A stretch of 64,000 nucleotides of DNA, from contig CP166615.1 of the NCBI GenBank assembly GCA_041937175.2, positions 3,424,001 to 3,488,000 of the forward strand, written 5' to 3'. Below, piece after piece: positions 18,483 to 29,491 of this stretch (its first letter is position 1; every line of letters begins with the position of its first letter). The notes under the pieces are model-generated. The model worked only from the letters and a program-made list of their open reading frames with translations. It was not told where the DNA came from and did not search any database. A program made the position numbers and the translations under genes. This DNA comes from Limnothrix sp. BL-A-16 (GTDB taxonomy: Bacteria; Cyanobacteriota; Cyanobacteriia; CACIAM-69d).

Positions 18483-18967
18483 GGGCTGCCTGCTCGATCG
18501 ATGGGTTGCAATTCGGTGGTGATCGGTCGCAATGGGCTGCATCACGATCGGTTGGTCGGCAGCGTCCAACGCCATACCCGATCAACGGGGATCAAGATCG
18601 CACCATCCGGCGATCGCGATCGCAGACTCTGGCGGGTTTGCGGCCGAAACTGAAGGCTAGAGCGCTTCATAGTCTCTAACCCTGTACTCTCGCCAATCTT
18701 GACCCAGCACTTGGGTTGAGCGTGCCCGGTGCTTCCATTCCTTAACACAGGACAGCTCAGAAACTGGACAACGTGATCCTGAACCTGAGCCAGGGCCCTG
18801 AAACAGAGAGTCAGAAAACCGCTGGACGGTGATTCACTCCCCTCGATCGCAGTGTGAACCCTGTTGATTGCCGCCGAAACCCAGGCGCGATCGAGACCGG
18901 TCAGAATCGGGCACTGGTTGCCAACCCAATCCAGCCGTTGACGACGGTGGCTAGGAGGTAAAAAGCT

Positions 18968-19174
18968 ATGCAACGTCAGGGATTAGAAGGTTTGGTTCGG
19001 TTTTTGCAAGAGGACTTGCAGTTGAGTGCTGCGGATTTGGCGCTGGCCCTCAAGCATCCCGATAGTGGCAACAATCTGCCAACGATTTTGTGGCAATACG
19101 GGGCAATTACCACTCAACAGCTCGATCGGGTGTTCGATTGGCTGGAACGGTGGATGTCGCCCGAAGGAATTTAA
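18968..19174 (+). CDS. DUF2949-like small protein
   Basis: LVRFLQEDL...LPTILWQYG.IT.QQLDRVFDWL; AGGAGG RBS. Confidence 0.85.
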   Translation: MQRQGLEGLVRFLQEDLQLSAADLALALKHPDSGNNLPTILWQYGAITTQQLDRVFDWLERWMSPEGI

Positions 19175-19446
19175 CGGCTGGCGGTGCGCGGTTGAGAACA
19201 GGTGGTTGAGAACAGGTGGCTGAGAACTGTGGTTGGACAAGTTTGGCCCAGCTCGGAGCCGTGCAAAGTCGCTCGGAGCCAAGCCAAAGCCGGTGCAGAG
19301 CAGATTCAGGGCCAAAGGCTCACAAGAGCGTTGGGCGATCGCACCAAGGCGGTTCGGTTCTGACACCCCCCAGTTGCCCATTTGCCTGTTAGATTGTGCT
19401 TGTTCAACGGAGACCATTCGCACCGTTCACCCGCGAGGTTTGAATC

Positions 19447-19815
19447 GTGGCCCCAGAACTGAACCCCATGTCTAATTTTTGGAAAAGCGAGCCAACCACC
19501 GATCGCGAACCGAGCGAATCGTTGATGCGCTACATCCAATCCCTCAATCCGGAAACGATCGCCCACCTGTCGCGGCCGGCTTCCCCGGAAACGATTCGGA
19601 TGATGGAGCACAACATCGTGGGTCTGCTGGGCGTGTTGCCCGGCGAACAGTTTGATGTGTCCATCACCACCAACCGCGAACATTTGGGGCGGCTGTTGGC
19701 TTCGGCCATGATGAGTGGCTACTTTTTGCGGAATGCTGAGCAACGGATGAGTTTTGAAAAGTCCTTGCAAAACTGGTCGGGTGATTTGGCTGGCGACGCG
19801 CCGACGGCGGATTAG
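19447..19815 (+). CDS. DUF760-family protein
   Basis: LMRYIQSL.PETIAHLSRP...GLLGVLP.EQF.V.ITTNREHLGRLLASAMMSGYFLRNAEQR. Confidence 0.88.
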   Translation: MAPELNPMSNFWKSEPTTDREPSESLMRYIQSLNPETIAHLSRPASPETIRMMEHNIVGLLGVLPGEQFDVSITTNREHLGRLLASAMMSGYFLRNAEQRMSFEKSLQNWSGDLAGDAPTAD

Positions 19816-19845
19816 GTTCGATTCGGTTGATGTCAAGAACCTTGG

Positions 19846-20973
19846 GTGATTTTGCGTTCCTCAATTGCTGAAACCTCAGAACCGCTGCCGGTTTCGGCGG
19901 CGGTTCTGCAGCGATCGCTCCTGGATTGGTACGATCGCCACGGCCGCGACTTGCCTTGGCGAAAACCCCCGGACGTTTTGGATCCTTACCGGGTTTGGGT
20001 TTCAGAAATTGCCCTGCAACAAACCCAGGTCAAAACAGTTTTGCCTTACTACCAACGGTGGTTCGATCGGTTCCCCACGATCGCTGATCTGGCCCAAGCC
20101 GATTTACAAGCAGTGCTGAAAGCCTGGGAAGGCCTGGGTTACTACAGCCGGGCCCGCAATCTGCACCGGGCTGCTCAGTTGGTGATGGAACGGCATGGGG
20201 GACAATTTCCCCGCACGCTGGCCGAGGCGATCGCCCTGCCCGGCATTGGCCGCACCACGGCCGGCGGCATCCTGAGTTCTGCCTTTAATTTGCCCTTGCC
20301 GATTTTGGACGGCAACGTGAAGCGGGTGTTGGCGCGGTTGATTGCGCTGCCCATTGCACCAGCCAAAGCGCTCGATCACCTCTGGGCCGCCTCCGCAGCG
20401 GTGGTCTCGTTCGATCGCCCCCGAGACCTCAACCAAGCCCTTATGGATTTGGGGGCCACGGTTTGCACCGCCCGAAAACCGGCCTGTTTGGTTTGTCCTT
20501 GGATGGCATACTGTCAGGCGTACCAAACCAACCAGCAGCAGCAAATTCCCGTGAGCGAACCGAAAGCACCGATTCCCCACAAAGTGATTGGCGTGGCCGT
20601 GATCCGCAATCCCCAGGGGCAAATCTTGATCGATCGTCGGCCCGCCGAAGGGCTATTGGGCGGCCTATGGGAGTTTCCGGGCGGCAAAGTGGAACCCAAT
20701 GAGTCGATCGCCGACTGCATTCACCGGGAAATTCAAGAAGAATTAGGCATTGAAATTGCTGTCGGTGAAGAACTGATTGTGGTGGATCATGCCTACACCC
20801 ACTTCAAAGTGTCGCTGCATGTGCATCTTTGCGAGCATCTGCAAGGGGAACCCCAGGCGATCGAATGTGATGAAGTGCGTTGGGTCACCCTCGCCGAAAT
20901 TGACCAATTTCCCTTCCCCAAGGCCAACACCACCATCATCGAAGCACTGAAACAGCGCTTTCCAGATGCCTAG
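19846..20973 (+). CDS. mutY: A/G-specific adenine glycosylase with C-terminal Nudix domain
   Basis: RDLPWR; WVSEIALQQT; WEGLGYYSRARNL; LPGIG; DGNVKRV; CX6CX2CX5C; Nudix box. Confidence 0.95.
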   Translation: MILRSSIAETSEPLPVSAAVLQRSLLDWYDRHGRDLPWRKPPDVLDPYRVWVSEIALQQTQVKTVLPYYQRWFDRFPTIADLAQADLQAVLKAWEGLGYYSRARNLHRAAQLVMERHGGQFPRTLAEAIALPGIGRTTAGGILSSAFNLPLPILDGNVKRVLARLIALPIAPAKALDHLWAASAAVVSFDRPRDLNQALMDLGATVCTARKPACLVCPWMAYCQAYQTNQQQQIPVSEPKAPIPHKVIGVAVIRNPQGQILIDRRPAEGLLGGLWEFPGGKVEPNESIADCIHREIQEELGIEIAVGEELIVVDHAYTHFKVSLHVHLCEHLQGEPQAIECDEVRWVTLAEIDQFPFPKANTTIIEALKQRFPDA

Positions 20974-21008
20974 AGAATAGTGCTCCAAAAACATCAGGCT
21001 TTAAAAAC

Positions 21009-21031
21009 AGGGGCGCACGATGGTGCGCCCT
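21009..21031. terminator. Hairpin between convergent mutY and sat
   Basis: GGGCGCAC-GATG-GTGCGCCC with an adjacent A-run. Confidence 0.55.
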
Positions 21032-21093
21032 GCTTGATCTGAATCGATGGAACCCAGTCGCTGAAAACCAGCTTGAGGCAGAGCGAGAGACCA

Positions 21094-21259
21094 GGGCACG
21101 TCGTCAAATCGCCTGGAACCCTGATTCCACCGTTAGCGAATCGTGAGGGACAAGGGGCTTAAGCCCCTTGTTACGACGATCGGGACATGCCCTTGTTACG
21201 ACGATCGGGACATGGAAAATCAGTCGTTTTTGGCTGACCCCAGGAAATGACGGCGGCCC
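21094..21259 (+). mobile_element. MITE-like element, family 2
   Basis: Imperfect TIRs GGGCACGTCGTCAAAT / AATGACGGCGGCCC; CCA on both flanks; REP palindrome at 21150-21171; internal 25-bp duplication. Confidence 0.65.
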
Positions 21260-21356
21260 CCAGAGCGATCGCCCCTAGATTCTCCCAAGGGGGTGCTGAA
21301 TGCCCCCGTCGCCTATGGGCCCTAGCTCACTCCGGGTTTCCTGAGCTTGAATAGCT

Positions 21357-22541
21357 CTAGATTGAGTAGCTCTCAGGGATTTGCATCGCCCGGGCCAACT
21401 CAGCCGCCACCAAAGGCCGCGAGAATTCCGGCGGCGGCAACTCGCCCCGACGCAACATTTCGCGCACCTTCGTGCCCGACAGGTGAATCCGTTCGTCCGG
21501 TTCGCTGGGGCTGGTTTTGGTGGTGGCCATGCTTTGGGTGCGTTTGCAGTAGAACGCGTGCTCAAACTTCAGCGGCATGATTCCCAACTCACCCGGCGCA
21601 AACTCATCGAAAATGTACTGCGCATCGTAGGTTCCGTAATAGTCACCCACGCCCGCATGGTCACGACCCACGATGAAATGCGTGCAGCCATAGTTCTTGC
21701 GAATGAGGGCATGGAAAATGGCTTCCCGGGGGCCCGCATAGCGCATGGCGCAAGGATTGATGGCCAAAATCACGCGGCCACGGGGAAAATAGTGCTCCAG
21801 CATGATTTCATAGCAACGCATCCGCACATCGGCGGCAATGTCATCGCTTTTGGTCACCCCCACCAGGGGATGCAGGAACAGGCCATCGGTGATTTCCAGG
21901 GCGCACTTGATGATGTATTCGTGGGCGCGGTGGATCGGGTTGCGGGTTTGGAAGGCTACGATCGACTTCCAACCCTTGTCGCGGAAAGCATGGCGCGAAT
22001 CGATCGGGTCAATTTGATAGAGCGGGAAGCGAGGATCCGGCTCGCGCTCCAGCAACCACACGGGCCCGGCTAAATAAGTCGCCCCTTGGCTGTAAACCAC
22101 CGCCACACCGGGGTGTTTCTCTTCGTTGGTGCGATAGACGTTGAGGGCTTCCCGGGTTTTGTCGTAGTGATATTTCTCCGTCAGCTCCAGCACGCCAATG
22201 AAGCGGCCGGTGGGATCGTCTAGGCGCACCAATTGCCCTTCGCTGAGGGTGTTGGCCTGCTCATCGCTCACGGGCAGGGTCACGGGAATGGCCCAGGGCA
22301 GCCCGTTGGCCAAGCGCATGTTGTCAACCACGGTTTTGTAGTCCGCTTGGCCCATGAAGCCATCGATCGGGCTGAACGCACCAATGGCGATCGCGATCAG
22401 GTCACAGACGGCGCGATCGTCCAGGGAAATGCGCGGCAGGTGGTCGGCCTTGCTCAGGAATTCGGCCTTTTGCTCAGGGCTGGCAATGCGGTTAATCAGC
22501 GTGCCGCCGTGAGGGGCGATCGCGTCGGCTATACGGGTCAT
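21357..22541 (-). CDS. sat: Sulfate adenylyltransferase
   Basis: [39 protein letters not shown]. Confidence 0.97.
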   Translation of the reverse strand: MTRIADAIAPHGGTLINRIASPEQKAEFLSKADHLPRISLDDRAVCDLIAIAIGAFSPIDGFMGQADYKTVVDNMRLANGLPWAIPVTLPVSDEQANTLSEGQLVRLDDPTGRFIGVLELTEKYHYDKTREALNVYRTNEEKHPGVAVVYSQGATYLAGPVWLLEREPDPRFPLYQIDPIDSRHAFRDKGWKSIVAFQTRNPIHRAHEYIIKCALEITDGLFLHPLVGVTKSDDIAADVRMRCYEIMLEHYFPRGRVILAINPCAMRYAGPREAIFHALIRKNYGCTHFIVGRDHAGVGDYYGTYDAQYIFDEFAPGELGIMPLKFEHAFYCKRTQSMATTKTSPSEPDERIHLSGTKVREMLRRGELPPPEFSRPLVAAELARAMQIPESYSI

Positions 22542-22653
22542 GGAACTCGGGGTGAGGTTGCTTCAAGACAATAATCAGTAAAAATTCAACACTAAAACGG
22601 TCGCCTTGTGGCCGGCTAGGGGATAGCCAGGGTTTTTCATCTCAAATCACGTT

Positions 22654-23463
22654 TTAGTTAAAAAATGCCCTAGTTTGCAGATATAGCCCAATCACGAGGG
22701 GAATGACCACATAGGCATAGGATCGAAGATTTGCGATGGCAATGGATCGGCCAAGATGAACTGAAGGGTTGGGCAGCCACTTCGCTAGACAAGCTCCCTC
22801 GATCGCCCAACTCATCGCCCAGCCAATCATAAAATAGGCAAAGGCACAGAAAAGCTCAATCCAAAAGGGAAACTTTGCATTGATAATGCCAATAATGACC
22901 AATGCCAATACTAAATTAAAAGGCCAAAACAGCAACCACAGCCATCGCCAGCCAACAGACCAGGGTGTTAGCTGCCGCAAAGCATCATGGGTTGTCAGTC
23001 CCATTAAACCTAGGCAGCCAATGAGTACGAAAGTAATTCTTCGGTTCCAGTCATCACCGTAGTTTAAAAACGGTATGACAACCAACCCAAATGAAAAGAT
23101 AAGACCTGTGATTGATGAAACCAAATTAGCGCCAGTTACTGCAATCCAAACTCGCTTAGAAGAATAAGTTTCGCGTTTAAGGATTGTGATTGCTTCAATA
23201 GCAATGATGGCCACCAAGCCCCACCCAAAGCTGATGAATGAGGCGAAAAGAGGCAAGTTAAACAGGGAAACGGCCATGGGTGGCCAGCTATTGGCCCAAG
23301 CAGCTTGGGGCAGGGTGATCGCCACTAATATCGCGATCATGCCTGTAGCCCAGATCATTAGCCGGGGATGGATGGCAGAAAACGAAAACCAACGAGGGCG
23401 ATTTGATTTTTGGGGTGTTGCCCTACGATGATGGGTAGGTGGATGATCCATGGGTTGGCGCAT
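22654..23463 (-). CDS. Hypothetical polytopic membrane protein
   Basis: Several hydrophobic segments; duplicated IE...ANL.S motif. Confidence 0.65.
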   Translation of the reverse strand: MRQPMDHPPTHHRRATPQKSNRPRWFSFSAIHPRLMIWATGMIAILVAITLPQAAWANSWPPMAVSLFNLPLFASFISFGWGLVAIIAIEAITILKRETYSSKRVWIAVTGANLVSSITGLIFSFGLVVIPFLNYGDDWNRRITFVLIGCLGLMGLTTHDALRQLTPWSVGWRWLWLLFWPFNLVLALVIIGIINAKFPFWIELFCAFAYFMIGWAMSWAIEGACLAKWLPNPSVHLGRSIAIANLRSYAYVVIPLVIGLYLQTRAFFN

Positions 23464-23490
23464 TGAGTTTGGACTAAATTTTCATTTGAG

Positions 23491-24519
23491 GTGGTGACTG
23501 TGCAGGGAGATATTAATCAAAATACTAATCAGGAAGTTAATCAGAACATCAATCAGGAATCTGGCCAGGGAATTCATCAGGAAGCCATAAATGAATTTCC
23601 GGAATTTTTACCTGAAGCAGTAGCCAATTTAACGGAATCAGAGTCGATCGACTTTGTGCGTCAAATTCAGCGCCAAACGATCCAAACTCCCTGGCCCGAT
23701 CCCCATCGTGTATTGCCGATCGAAACCAGTTTCGTCACGGGTCAACCGCCGGAATTGCCCGATCGATTGCCCGATGCGCCACCTATTTTGCTCGTGCATG
23801 GCTTTGACAGTTCACTGCTGGAATATCGTCGATTGTTCCCACGATTAGCCCAACAATACGCCACATGGGCCGTGGACTTGTTGGGGTTTGGGTTCACCGA
23901 TCGCCCTGAGAAGTTGGAATTTACCGCTGAAGCAATTCGCACCCATTTATATTGCTTTTGGCAGCAAATCATTGGGCGGCCGGTGGTGTTGGTGGGGGCT
24001 TCCATGGGGGGTGCAGCCGTGATGGATTTTGCCCTCACCTATCCGGAGGCGGTGCAGAAAGTGGTGCTGCTGGATAGTGCTGGATTTGTGGGCAAACCGA
24101 TCGCCAGTCGGTTTTTGATTCCCCCCTTGGGACAATGGGCCACGCAATTTTTGGCGAATAAAAAGGTACGATCGGGCATTGGGCGCAAGGCCTACGCCGA
24201 CCCCGATCGTTGTGCCACCGAAGAGGCCTATCGTTGCGGCGCATTGCATTTGGGAATGCCTCGATGGAGTGAGGCGCTGATTTCCTTCACGCGCAACGGT
24301 GGCTACACCATTACGGGCGATCGCATTGCTCAACTGCCCCAAGAGACCTTGATTCTGTGGGGCGATCGAGATCAAATTTTACCCAAGACCACGGCCCAAA
24401 AGTTCCAAACGGCGCTGCCCAAAAGTCAATTTATTTGGGTGGAAAATTGCGGCCATGTGCCCCACTTAGAACAGCCCGATCGCACAGCTCAAGCGATTCA
24501 AAATTTCTTGAAGTTATAG
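23491..24519 (+). CDS. Alpha/beta-fold hydrolase
   Basis: LVHGFDSS; GASMGG; LWGDRD; CGHVPHLEQP. Confidence 0.92.
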   Translation: MVTVQGDINQNTNQEVNQNINQESGQGIHQEAINEFPEFLPEAVANLTESESIDFVRQIQRQTIQTPWPDPHRVLPIETSFVTGQPPELPDRLPDAPPILLVHGFDSSLLEYRRLFPRLAQQYATWAVDLLGFGFTDRPEKLEFTAEAIRTHLYCFWQQIIGRPVVLVGASMGGAAVMDFALTYPEAVQKVVLLDSAGFVGKPIASRFLIPPLGQWATQFLANKKVRSGIGRKAYADPDRCATEEAYRCGALHLGMPRWSEALISFTRNGGYTITGDRIAQLPQETLILWGDRDQILPKTTAQKFQTALPKSQFIWVENCGHVPHLEQPDRTAQAIQNFLKL

Positions 24520-24796
24520 GGACTGCCAATCATCTTCCCAAAACGCTAATTCCACCGTTGGTAGATCGTGGGGAACAAGGGGCTTAAGCCCCTTGTCTGT
24601 GACGACTGGAGCATGAAAATCAATCGTTCTCGCTTGATCCCATCAAGCGATTCAAAATTTCTTGAAGTTATAGGGACTGTCGATCATCTTCCCAAAACGC
24701 TAATTTCACCGTTAGTGGATCGTGGGGAACAAGGGGCTTAAGCCCCTTGTCTGTGACGATTGGAGCATGAAAATCAACCGTTCTCGCTTGATCCCA
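24489..24796 (+). repeat. 154-bp tandem duplication (hydrolase 3' end + family-2 MITE)
   Basis: 24489-24642 and 24643-24796 are near-identical; REP palindromes at 24575-24596 and 24729-24750. Confidence 0.9.
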
Positions 24797-24952
24797 AAAT
24801 ATGAGGACAGGCCCACAGCCCCTTGTCTATGTTTACTGGTGTCTATGTTTTATTTTTGTCTTTGCCTTTGTTTCTTGATGGAATGAATTAGCGATCAGCT
24901 TTGCCTCTTCATTTGACTTTTCAGATGTCTCCCAACCCCAATCTTTAGACCC

Positions 24953-24984
24953 AAAAAAGGGCGATCGCCCTCAGACGATCGCCC
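24953..24984 (-). terminator. Intrinsic terminator of sigA
   Basis: GGGCGATCG/CGATCGCCC stem followed by a U6 tract on the minus strand. Confidence 0.7.
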
Positions 24985-25011
24985 CATGCGAGATGAATTG
25001 AACCCAGCTTC

Positions 25012-26172
25012 CTAGCGGATATATTCCTTCAAGATGCTGTTGCGGTTCGGGTGGCGCAACTTCCGCAGGGCCTTCGCTTCAATTTGGCGAATTCGCTCGC
25101 GGGTCACGTTGAAAATTTGCCCAATTTCTTCCAGGGTTTTCATCCGACCGTCATCCAAGCCGTAGCGCAACCGCAGCACATCGCGCTCACGGGCGCTGAG
25201 CGTATCGAGCACGCTTTCTAGATCTTCCCGTAGCAGGTTCTTGGAAACGCGATCTTCCGGCGTTTCGCCGTCGGATTCAATGAAATCGCCCAGGCGCGAA
25301 TCTTCTTCCTTCCCGATCGGGGTTTCCAGCGAAATTGGCAATTGAGCCGACTTGGCAATGAACCGCAACTTTTCGATCGTCATTTCCATCCGCGTTGCAA
25401 TCTCTTCTTCCGTGGGCTTGCGACCCATTTCTTGAGACAGCAACTTGGTGGTTTTCTTAATCCGCGAAATGGTTTCGTACAGATGCACCGGTAGGCGAAT
25501 TGTCCGAGATTGGTCGGCGATCGCCCGGGTGATGGCCTGCCGAATCCACCAAGTGGCATAGGTAGAGAATTTGTAGCCCTTTTCGTGGTCAAACTTTTCG
25601 GCGGCGCGAATCAAGCCCAAGCTACCTTCTTGGATCAAATCCTGGAATGACAGGCCGCGATTCATGTATTTCTTGGCGATCGAAACCACCAAGCGCAGGT
25701 TCGACTGCACCATTTTGTCCTTGGCGCGCCGACCCACATACAGCCGCTTGCGGAATTCCGGCAAGCCCATATTCAACGCTTCGGCCCACTCCCGATCGTT
25801 CGGTGCGCGATCGAGTTGATCCAGCAGCTTTTCATGCACCCGTTCGATTTCTAGCAAGTCAGCAATCTTACGGGCCAGTTCAATTTCTTCGTCGGCTCGC
25901 AGCAAGCGAATCCGACCAATTTCTTGAAGATATAGCCGAATTGAGTCTTCGGTGTAGTGCTTTTTCTTAGCAGCCGTGCGGCGACGAGATGCGGCCGCTT
26001 TGCCAGGCTGCTCTTCCTCTTCCTCGTCGAGTTCGGCAGACGGGTCATCATACTCATCAATATCGACCTCATCTTCGTCCTCTGTGGTGAGTAGCTCTAG
26101 TTCGACCTCTACATCATCCACAGCATCAGTCAATACATTCATTTCTTCGAGTACGGTTTTGGCCTGGGTCAT
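25012..26172 (-). CDS. sigA: Principal (group 1) RNA polymerase sigma factor
   Basis: [65 protein letters not shown]; start at MTQAK. Confidence 0.96.
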   Translation of the reverse strand: MTQAKTVLEEMNVLTDAVDDVEVELELLTTEDEDEVDIDEYDDPSAELDEEEEEQPGKAAASRRRTAAKKKHYTEDSIRLYLQEIGRIRLLRADEEIELARKIADLLEIERVHEKLLDQLDRAPNDREWAEALNMGLPEFRKRLYVGRRAKDKMVQSNLRLVVSIAKKYMNRGLSFQDLIQEGSLGLIRAAEKFDHEKGYKFSTYATWWIRQAITRAIADQSRTIRLPVHLYETISRIKKTTKLLSQEMGRKPTEEEIATRMEMTIEKLRFIAKSAQLPISLETPIGKEEDSRLGDFIESDGETPEDRVSKNLLREDLESVLDTLSARERDVLRLRYGLDDGRMKTLEEIGQIFNVTRERIRQIEAKALRKLRHPNRNSILKEYIR

Positions 26173-26890
26173 GCCGAGTCCTCTCGCTCCTTTCAACGAA
26201 GTAGGGTAGATATGCAGTGATCGGTGGGAAGTTGGAAACTGCGACGGTTGCGGAAACAGGCACTGAAGGGCTGGCAACGCCGCAGTCTGGGCTGGATTTT
26301 TTGCCGAGATCCAGATTAGCCCCAGATTTTTGAAATGTCCCAATAAACTGTAGCCTGTCTTACGAAATTTTGCCGGGACGATCGAAAATTTGCTGGCAAT
26401 TAACTCCGGAAATCACAACAAACAAGCGAGAAACAACCGATTGGCCGCTGATTTGCCGCCCATGACCGATCTTGTGTCGGCTGAAGTGGGCAATTTGGCT
26501 AGGGTTTAAGTTATGAGTTATTGATATTTCCCTGGATAAGCGGCAAATGTTGTCAGCAGAGGAACGGTCTTTTTTCCTCGTGATCGCCCCGGCCATTGTC
26601 GCTGAAATACTTCCAGCGATTTCGTCTCCCTAGACAGGCTCGATTGGGGCTGATTTACAGACCTCCAAGGTGATGCTTTCGCGTTTTCTTGAGCCTTCCT
26701 CTGTTGTAACACGCTCTTTTCTAAATCACAGGGCTATTGATTTCATTTGGGTTTCATTTTTCGGGTTTTCATGTTTGGGATTTGAATCGGCCAATCCCTC
26801 AGGGCGTGAATAACAGTTCTGTGGATTGGGTGATTGATCCGTCGATCGCGCATTCATCAATCCAGGATTGACCCAGTATTCAACGACTAT

Positions 26891-27652
26891 TCATTCATCG
26901 GACATTTGATCGATCGCCCGATCGATCTCGTGAGCCGTTGGTTTTGGGGAAGCCGGGTTGAGCGCGCCTTGCTCGATCGCATCCCACAGCTGATCGACCG
27001 TCACAAACCGCCACCCCCGATCGCGCAGGGACGGAATCAGTTGCGCCACGGTTTTGACCACATCGCGCCCGCCACAGGGCCCATCGTGCAACACAATCAG
27101 CGAACCGTTTTGCACCTGATCCAAAACCCGCCGCTGCACCACCGCCGGCCCCGGATGCGTCCAATCTTCCGGCACAACGCTCCACATGACTGGTCGATAT
27201 CCCCAACTGCGCCACTGAGCCAAGGCCCCCGGCAAAAATAGCCCGTTGGGTGGCCGTAAATCTCGCACATGGTGTTGCACCCAAGCCGGATCAAGCTGAC
27301 AGGCCTGGGCGATCGCCCGTTGGGTGCGTTTTAAATCCCGTTGCAGTTCGTCTGAGCTGAGGCGGGGAAACGATCGGTGATGGTAGCCATGGAGGCCAAG
27401 CCAATGGCCCGCGTCCCAAACTTGTTTGGCAACGGCAGGGGCCCGATCGACCCAACAGCCCAACCAAAAAAAGCTAGCGGTCACCTGCTCTTGATCCAAC
27501 AGGCGCAACAGGGCTGGCGTATATTCCGGGTGGGGGCCGTCGTCAAAGCTGAGAGCAATTTCCCGGCGATCAGGATTGCCGGCCCACAGACCCAAGGGAA
27601 AGCTGGCCGCCAAAACGGGATAGAGGCGTGGATAGAGCCAAGCAAATTGCAT
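26891..27652 (-). CDS. Polysaccharide deacetylase (NodB-like)
   Basis: LSFDDGP; HGYHH; RPPNG; IVLHDG. Confidence 0.92.
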   Translation of the reverse strand: MQFAWLYPRLYPVLAASFPLGLWAGNPDRREIALSFDDGPHPEYTPALLRLLDQEQVTASFFWLGCWVDRAPAVAKQVWDAGHWLGLHGYHHRSFPRLSSDELQRDLKRTQRAIAQACQLDPAWVQHHVRDLRPPNGLFLPGALAQWRSWGYRPVMWSVVPEDWTHPGPAVVQRRVLDQVQNGSLIVLHDGPCGGRDVVKTVAQLIPSLRDRGWRFVTVDQLWDAIEQGALNPASPKPTAHEIDRAIDQMSDE

Positions 27653-27738
27653 TGCCGAATGGGCCAGCTACATTAGCAAATGGCGAGCTTAATTGGCGAT
27701 CGCGCCGGACGGGGGCGAAGAGTTCTGCCGCCTGAACC

Positions 27739-28641
27739 TTACGGGTTCGTAGGATTGGTGTTCGTAGGATTAGCGTTCGTAGGATTGGTGCTGGGCAGCG
27801 CTTCGGCCGGTTGCAAAAGCCGCAGCGTGTTGAGGGCCCGTTCGTAGCCCTCGCGATCGCCCCGACGGGCGAATAACCGGGCCGCCTGTTGCAAGTTATC
27901 CACGGCCTCTTGCAAATTGCCTACGGCCGCTTGGGCGATCGCCCGATTGTGAAAGGCTTCCGCATCGTCCGCTGCGATCGCCAGGGCGCGATCGTAATCT
28001 TCAATGGCCCGGAAATAGGCCTGCTGCTGAACCAGCAAATTAGCCCGATTGAAATAGGCGTTGGCGTATTGGGGATCCAGTTCGATCGCCCGGTTATAGT
28101 CCGCCATCGCTGCCAAGGGATTGTCTAGGGCCGCGTAGGCCGTCGCCCGATCGTTATAGGCCTCTACTAAGGCTGGATTCAACCGCAGGGATTCTGAAAA
28201 AGCCTCGATCGCCTGCTGAAGCTTGCCCGCCGCCGCCAAGGTGGTTCCTCTGGCATAGGCCGCTTGGGCCTGTTGACTGCGGGCTGCATTCGGTTGGGCT
28301 GGTTTGGGTTGCGCCGGGCCCGGTGGCGTATTGCGGGCCGGTTGGGGCGATCGGGAGCGGGTCGGGTTGGTCGGTTGGGGGCGGCGCGGCTGGGATGGCC
28401 CTTGGGCCTGAGCGGCCGGCGCGATCAACAATCCAAGCAGCCCGATCGCCCCCAAAAGTCCCCAAAGTCGCCGCCCCTGTCCGTTGAATGGCTTCCAGCC
28501 GAACTGAGACTGATCAGACTGAGACTGATCAGACTGAGACTGATCAGACTGAGACCGATCGAACCCAGGCCGGCCGTTCCGATCGCCCGGAAATTGCCCG
28601 AGAACCCGTTGAGTCGATCGTTGTGGATCCTTAAGCCTCAT
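27739..28641 (-). CDS. TPR-repeat exported protein
   Basis: Signal-like hydrophobic stretch ending AQA; Pro-rich linker; four TPR-like units (AYNDRA, AYFNRA, AFHNRA); start uncertain. Confidence 0.85.
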   Translation of the reverse strand: MRLKDPQRSTQRVLGQFPGDRNGRPGFDRSQSDQSQSDQSQSDQSQFGWKPFNGQGRRLWGLLGAIGLLGLLIAPAAQAQGPSQPRRPQPTNPTRSRSPQPARNTPPGPAQPKPAQPNAARSQQAQAAYARGTTLAAAGKLQQAIEAFSESLRLNPALVEAYNDRATAYAALDNPLAAMADYNRAIELDPQYANAYFNRANLLVQQQAYFRAIEDYDRALAIAADDAEAFHNRAIAQAAVGNLQEAVDNLQQAARLFARRGDREGYERALNTLRLLQPAEALPSTNPTNANPTNTNPTNP

Positions 28642-28963
28642 CCGTCGGTTGAGAGTTAGAAGAAGGGTTAGACGAATCTCCCGGCGAAGCATCAAACAAC
28701 GCATCCAGACGGCTGCGAGCATCTTCAACCGTGATTGACTTCATCACCAACAGGGGTTCACGGATCGGTTGTCCCCGATCGTCCAGCATTTCCGGGTGCA
28801 ACGAGATGGGCGGTTGAGCCGGTACCGCCGACCGCGCTGAATGATCCATTCGATCGGCCGTGCGGCCCGCCTCAGTTCCCAGTGTGAAGAGATTGCGGAC
28901 TAAATTCCCGATCGCCAAGAATGCCAACACTGCAAAGGCCAGGATATACAACACCTGTAGCAC
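28631..28963 (-). CDS. DUF2973-family protein
   Basis: LYILAFAVLAFLAIGNL.RNL; HPEMLD..G....EPLLVM. Confidence 0.85.
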   Translation of the reverse strand: MLQVLYILAFAVLAFLAIGNLVRNLFTLGTEAGRTADRMDHSARSAVPAQPPISLHPEMLDDRGQPIREPLLVMKSITVEDARSRLDALFDASPGDSSNPSSNSQPTDEA

Positions 28964-29027
28964 GGCCGTCGTCTCCCTAACGGATGATCTCTAAATAAAT
29001 AGTCTCTAACATGATCTGAGAAGGCGA

Positions 29028-29360
29028 TTACCCCGCCGAACCCGAAGGATTCTGTTCAGCCCGGAACCGCATTGCCACATGCCAGCATTCCTGAACTAGG
29101 TTGTGCCAAGGCATGAGGGTTGACGTTTCAACACCCACTTGGGCCCCCATGGCCTCAAAGAGCAACTGAGTGCTGCTCACTTCCTGTTGGGCCTGTTTGA
29201 CCCTTGCCAACAAGCTTTCCTGTTGCTCATCGCTCAAAAACGACAAGCGCTCCGATTCCAGCAAGGTGCGCGATCGCCCAAACCAATATTGAAAATCTTC
29301 AAGCAGCGGCTGCAAGACGGTCTTCAGCAGATTGGGATCGGGAGGGGTAGGAGCCGACAT
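29028..29360 (-). CDS. DUF2605-family protein
   Basis: LLKTVLQPLLEDFQYWF.RS; LMPWHNLVQECW. Confidence 0.85.
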   Translation of the reverse strand: MSAPTPPDPNLLKTVLQPLLEDFQYWFGRSRTLLESERLSFLSDEQQESLLARVKQAQQEVSSTQLLFEAMGAQVGVETSTLMPWHNLVQECWHVAMRFRAEQNPSGSAG

Positions 29361-29491
29361 AGGCAAAGTGGAAACTAACCAATCTACATACAAGCTTAAC
29401 GCTATTCATCTTTCGTAACATTTTTTTGGAAGATTTCGCATCATCTCTTTCAGCTATTTCAGCGCCGAGGGCCAAGCCATGGTCAGGACGA

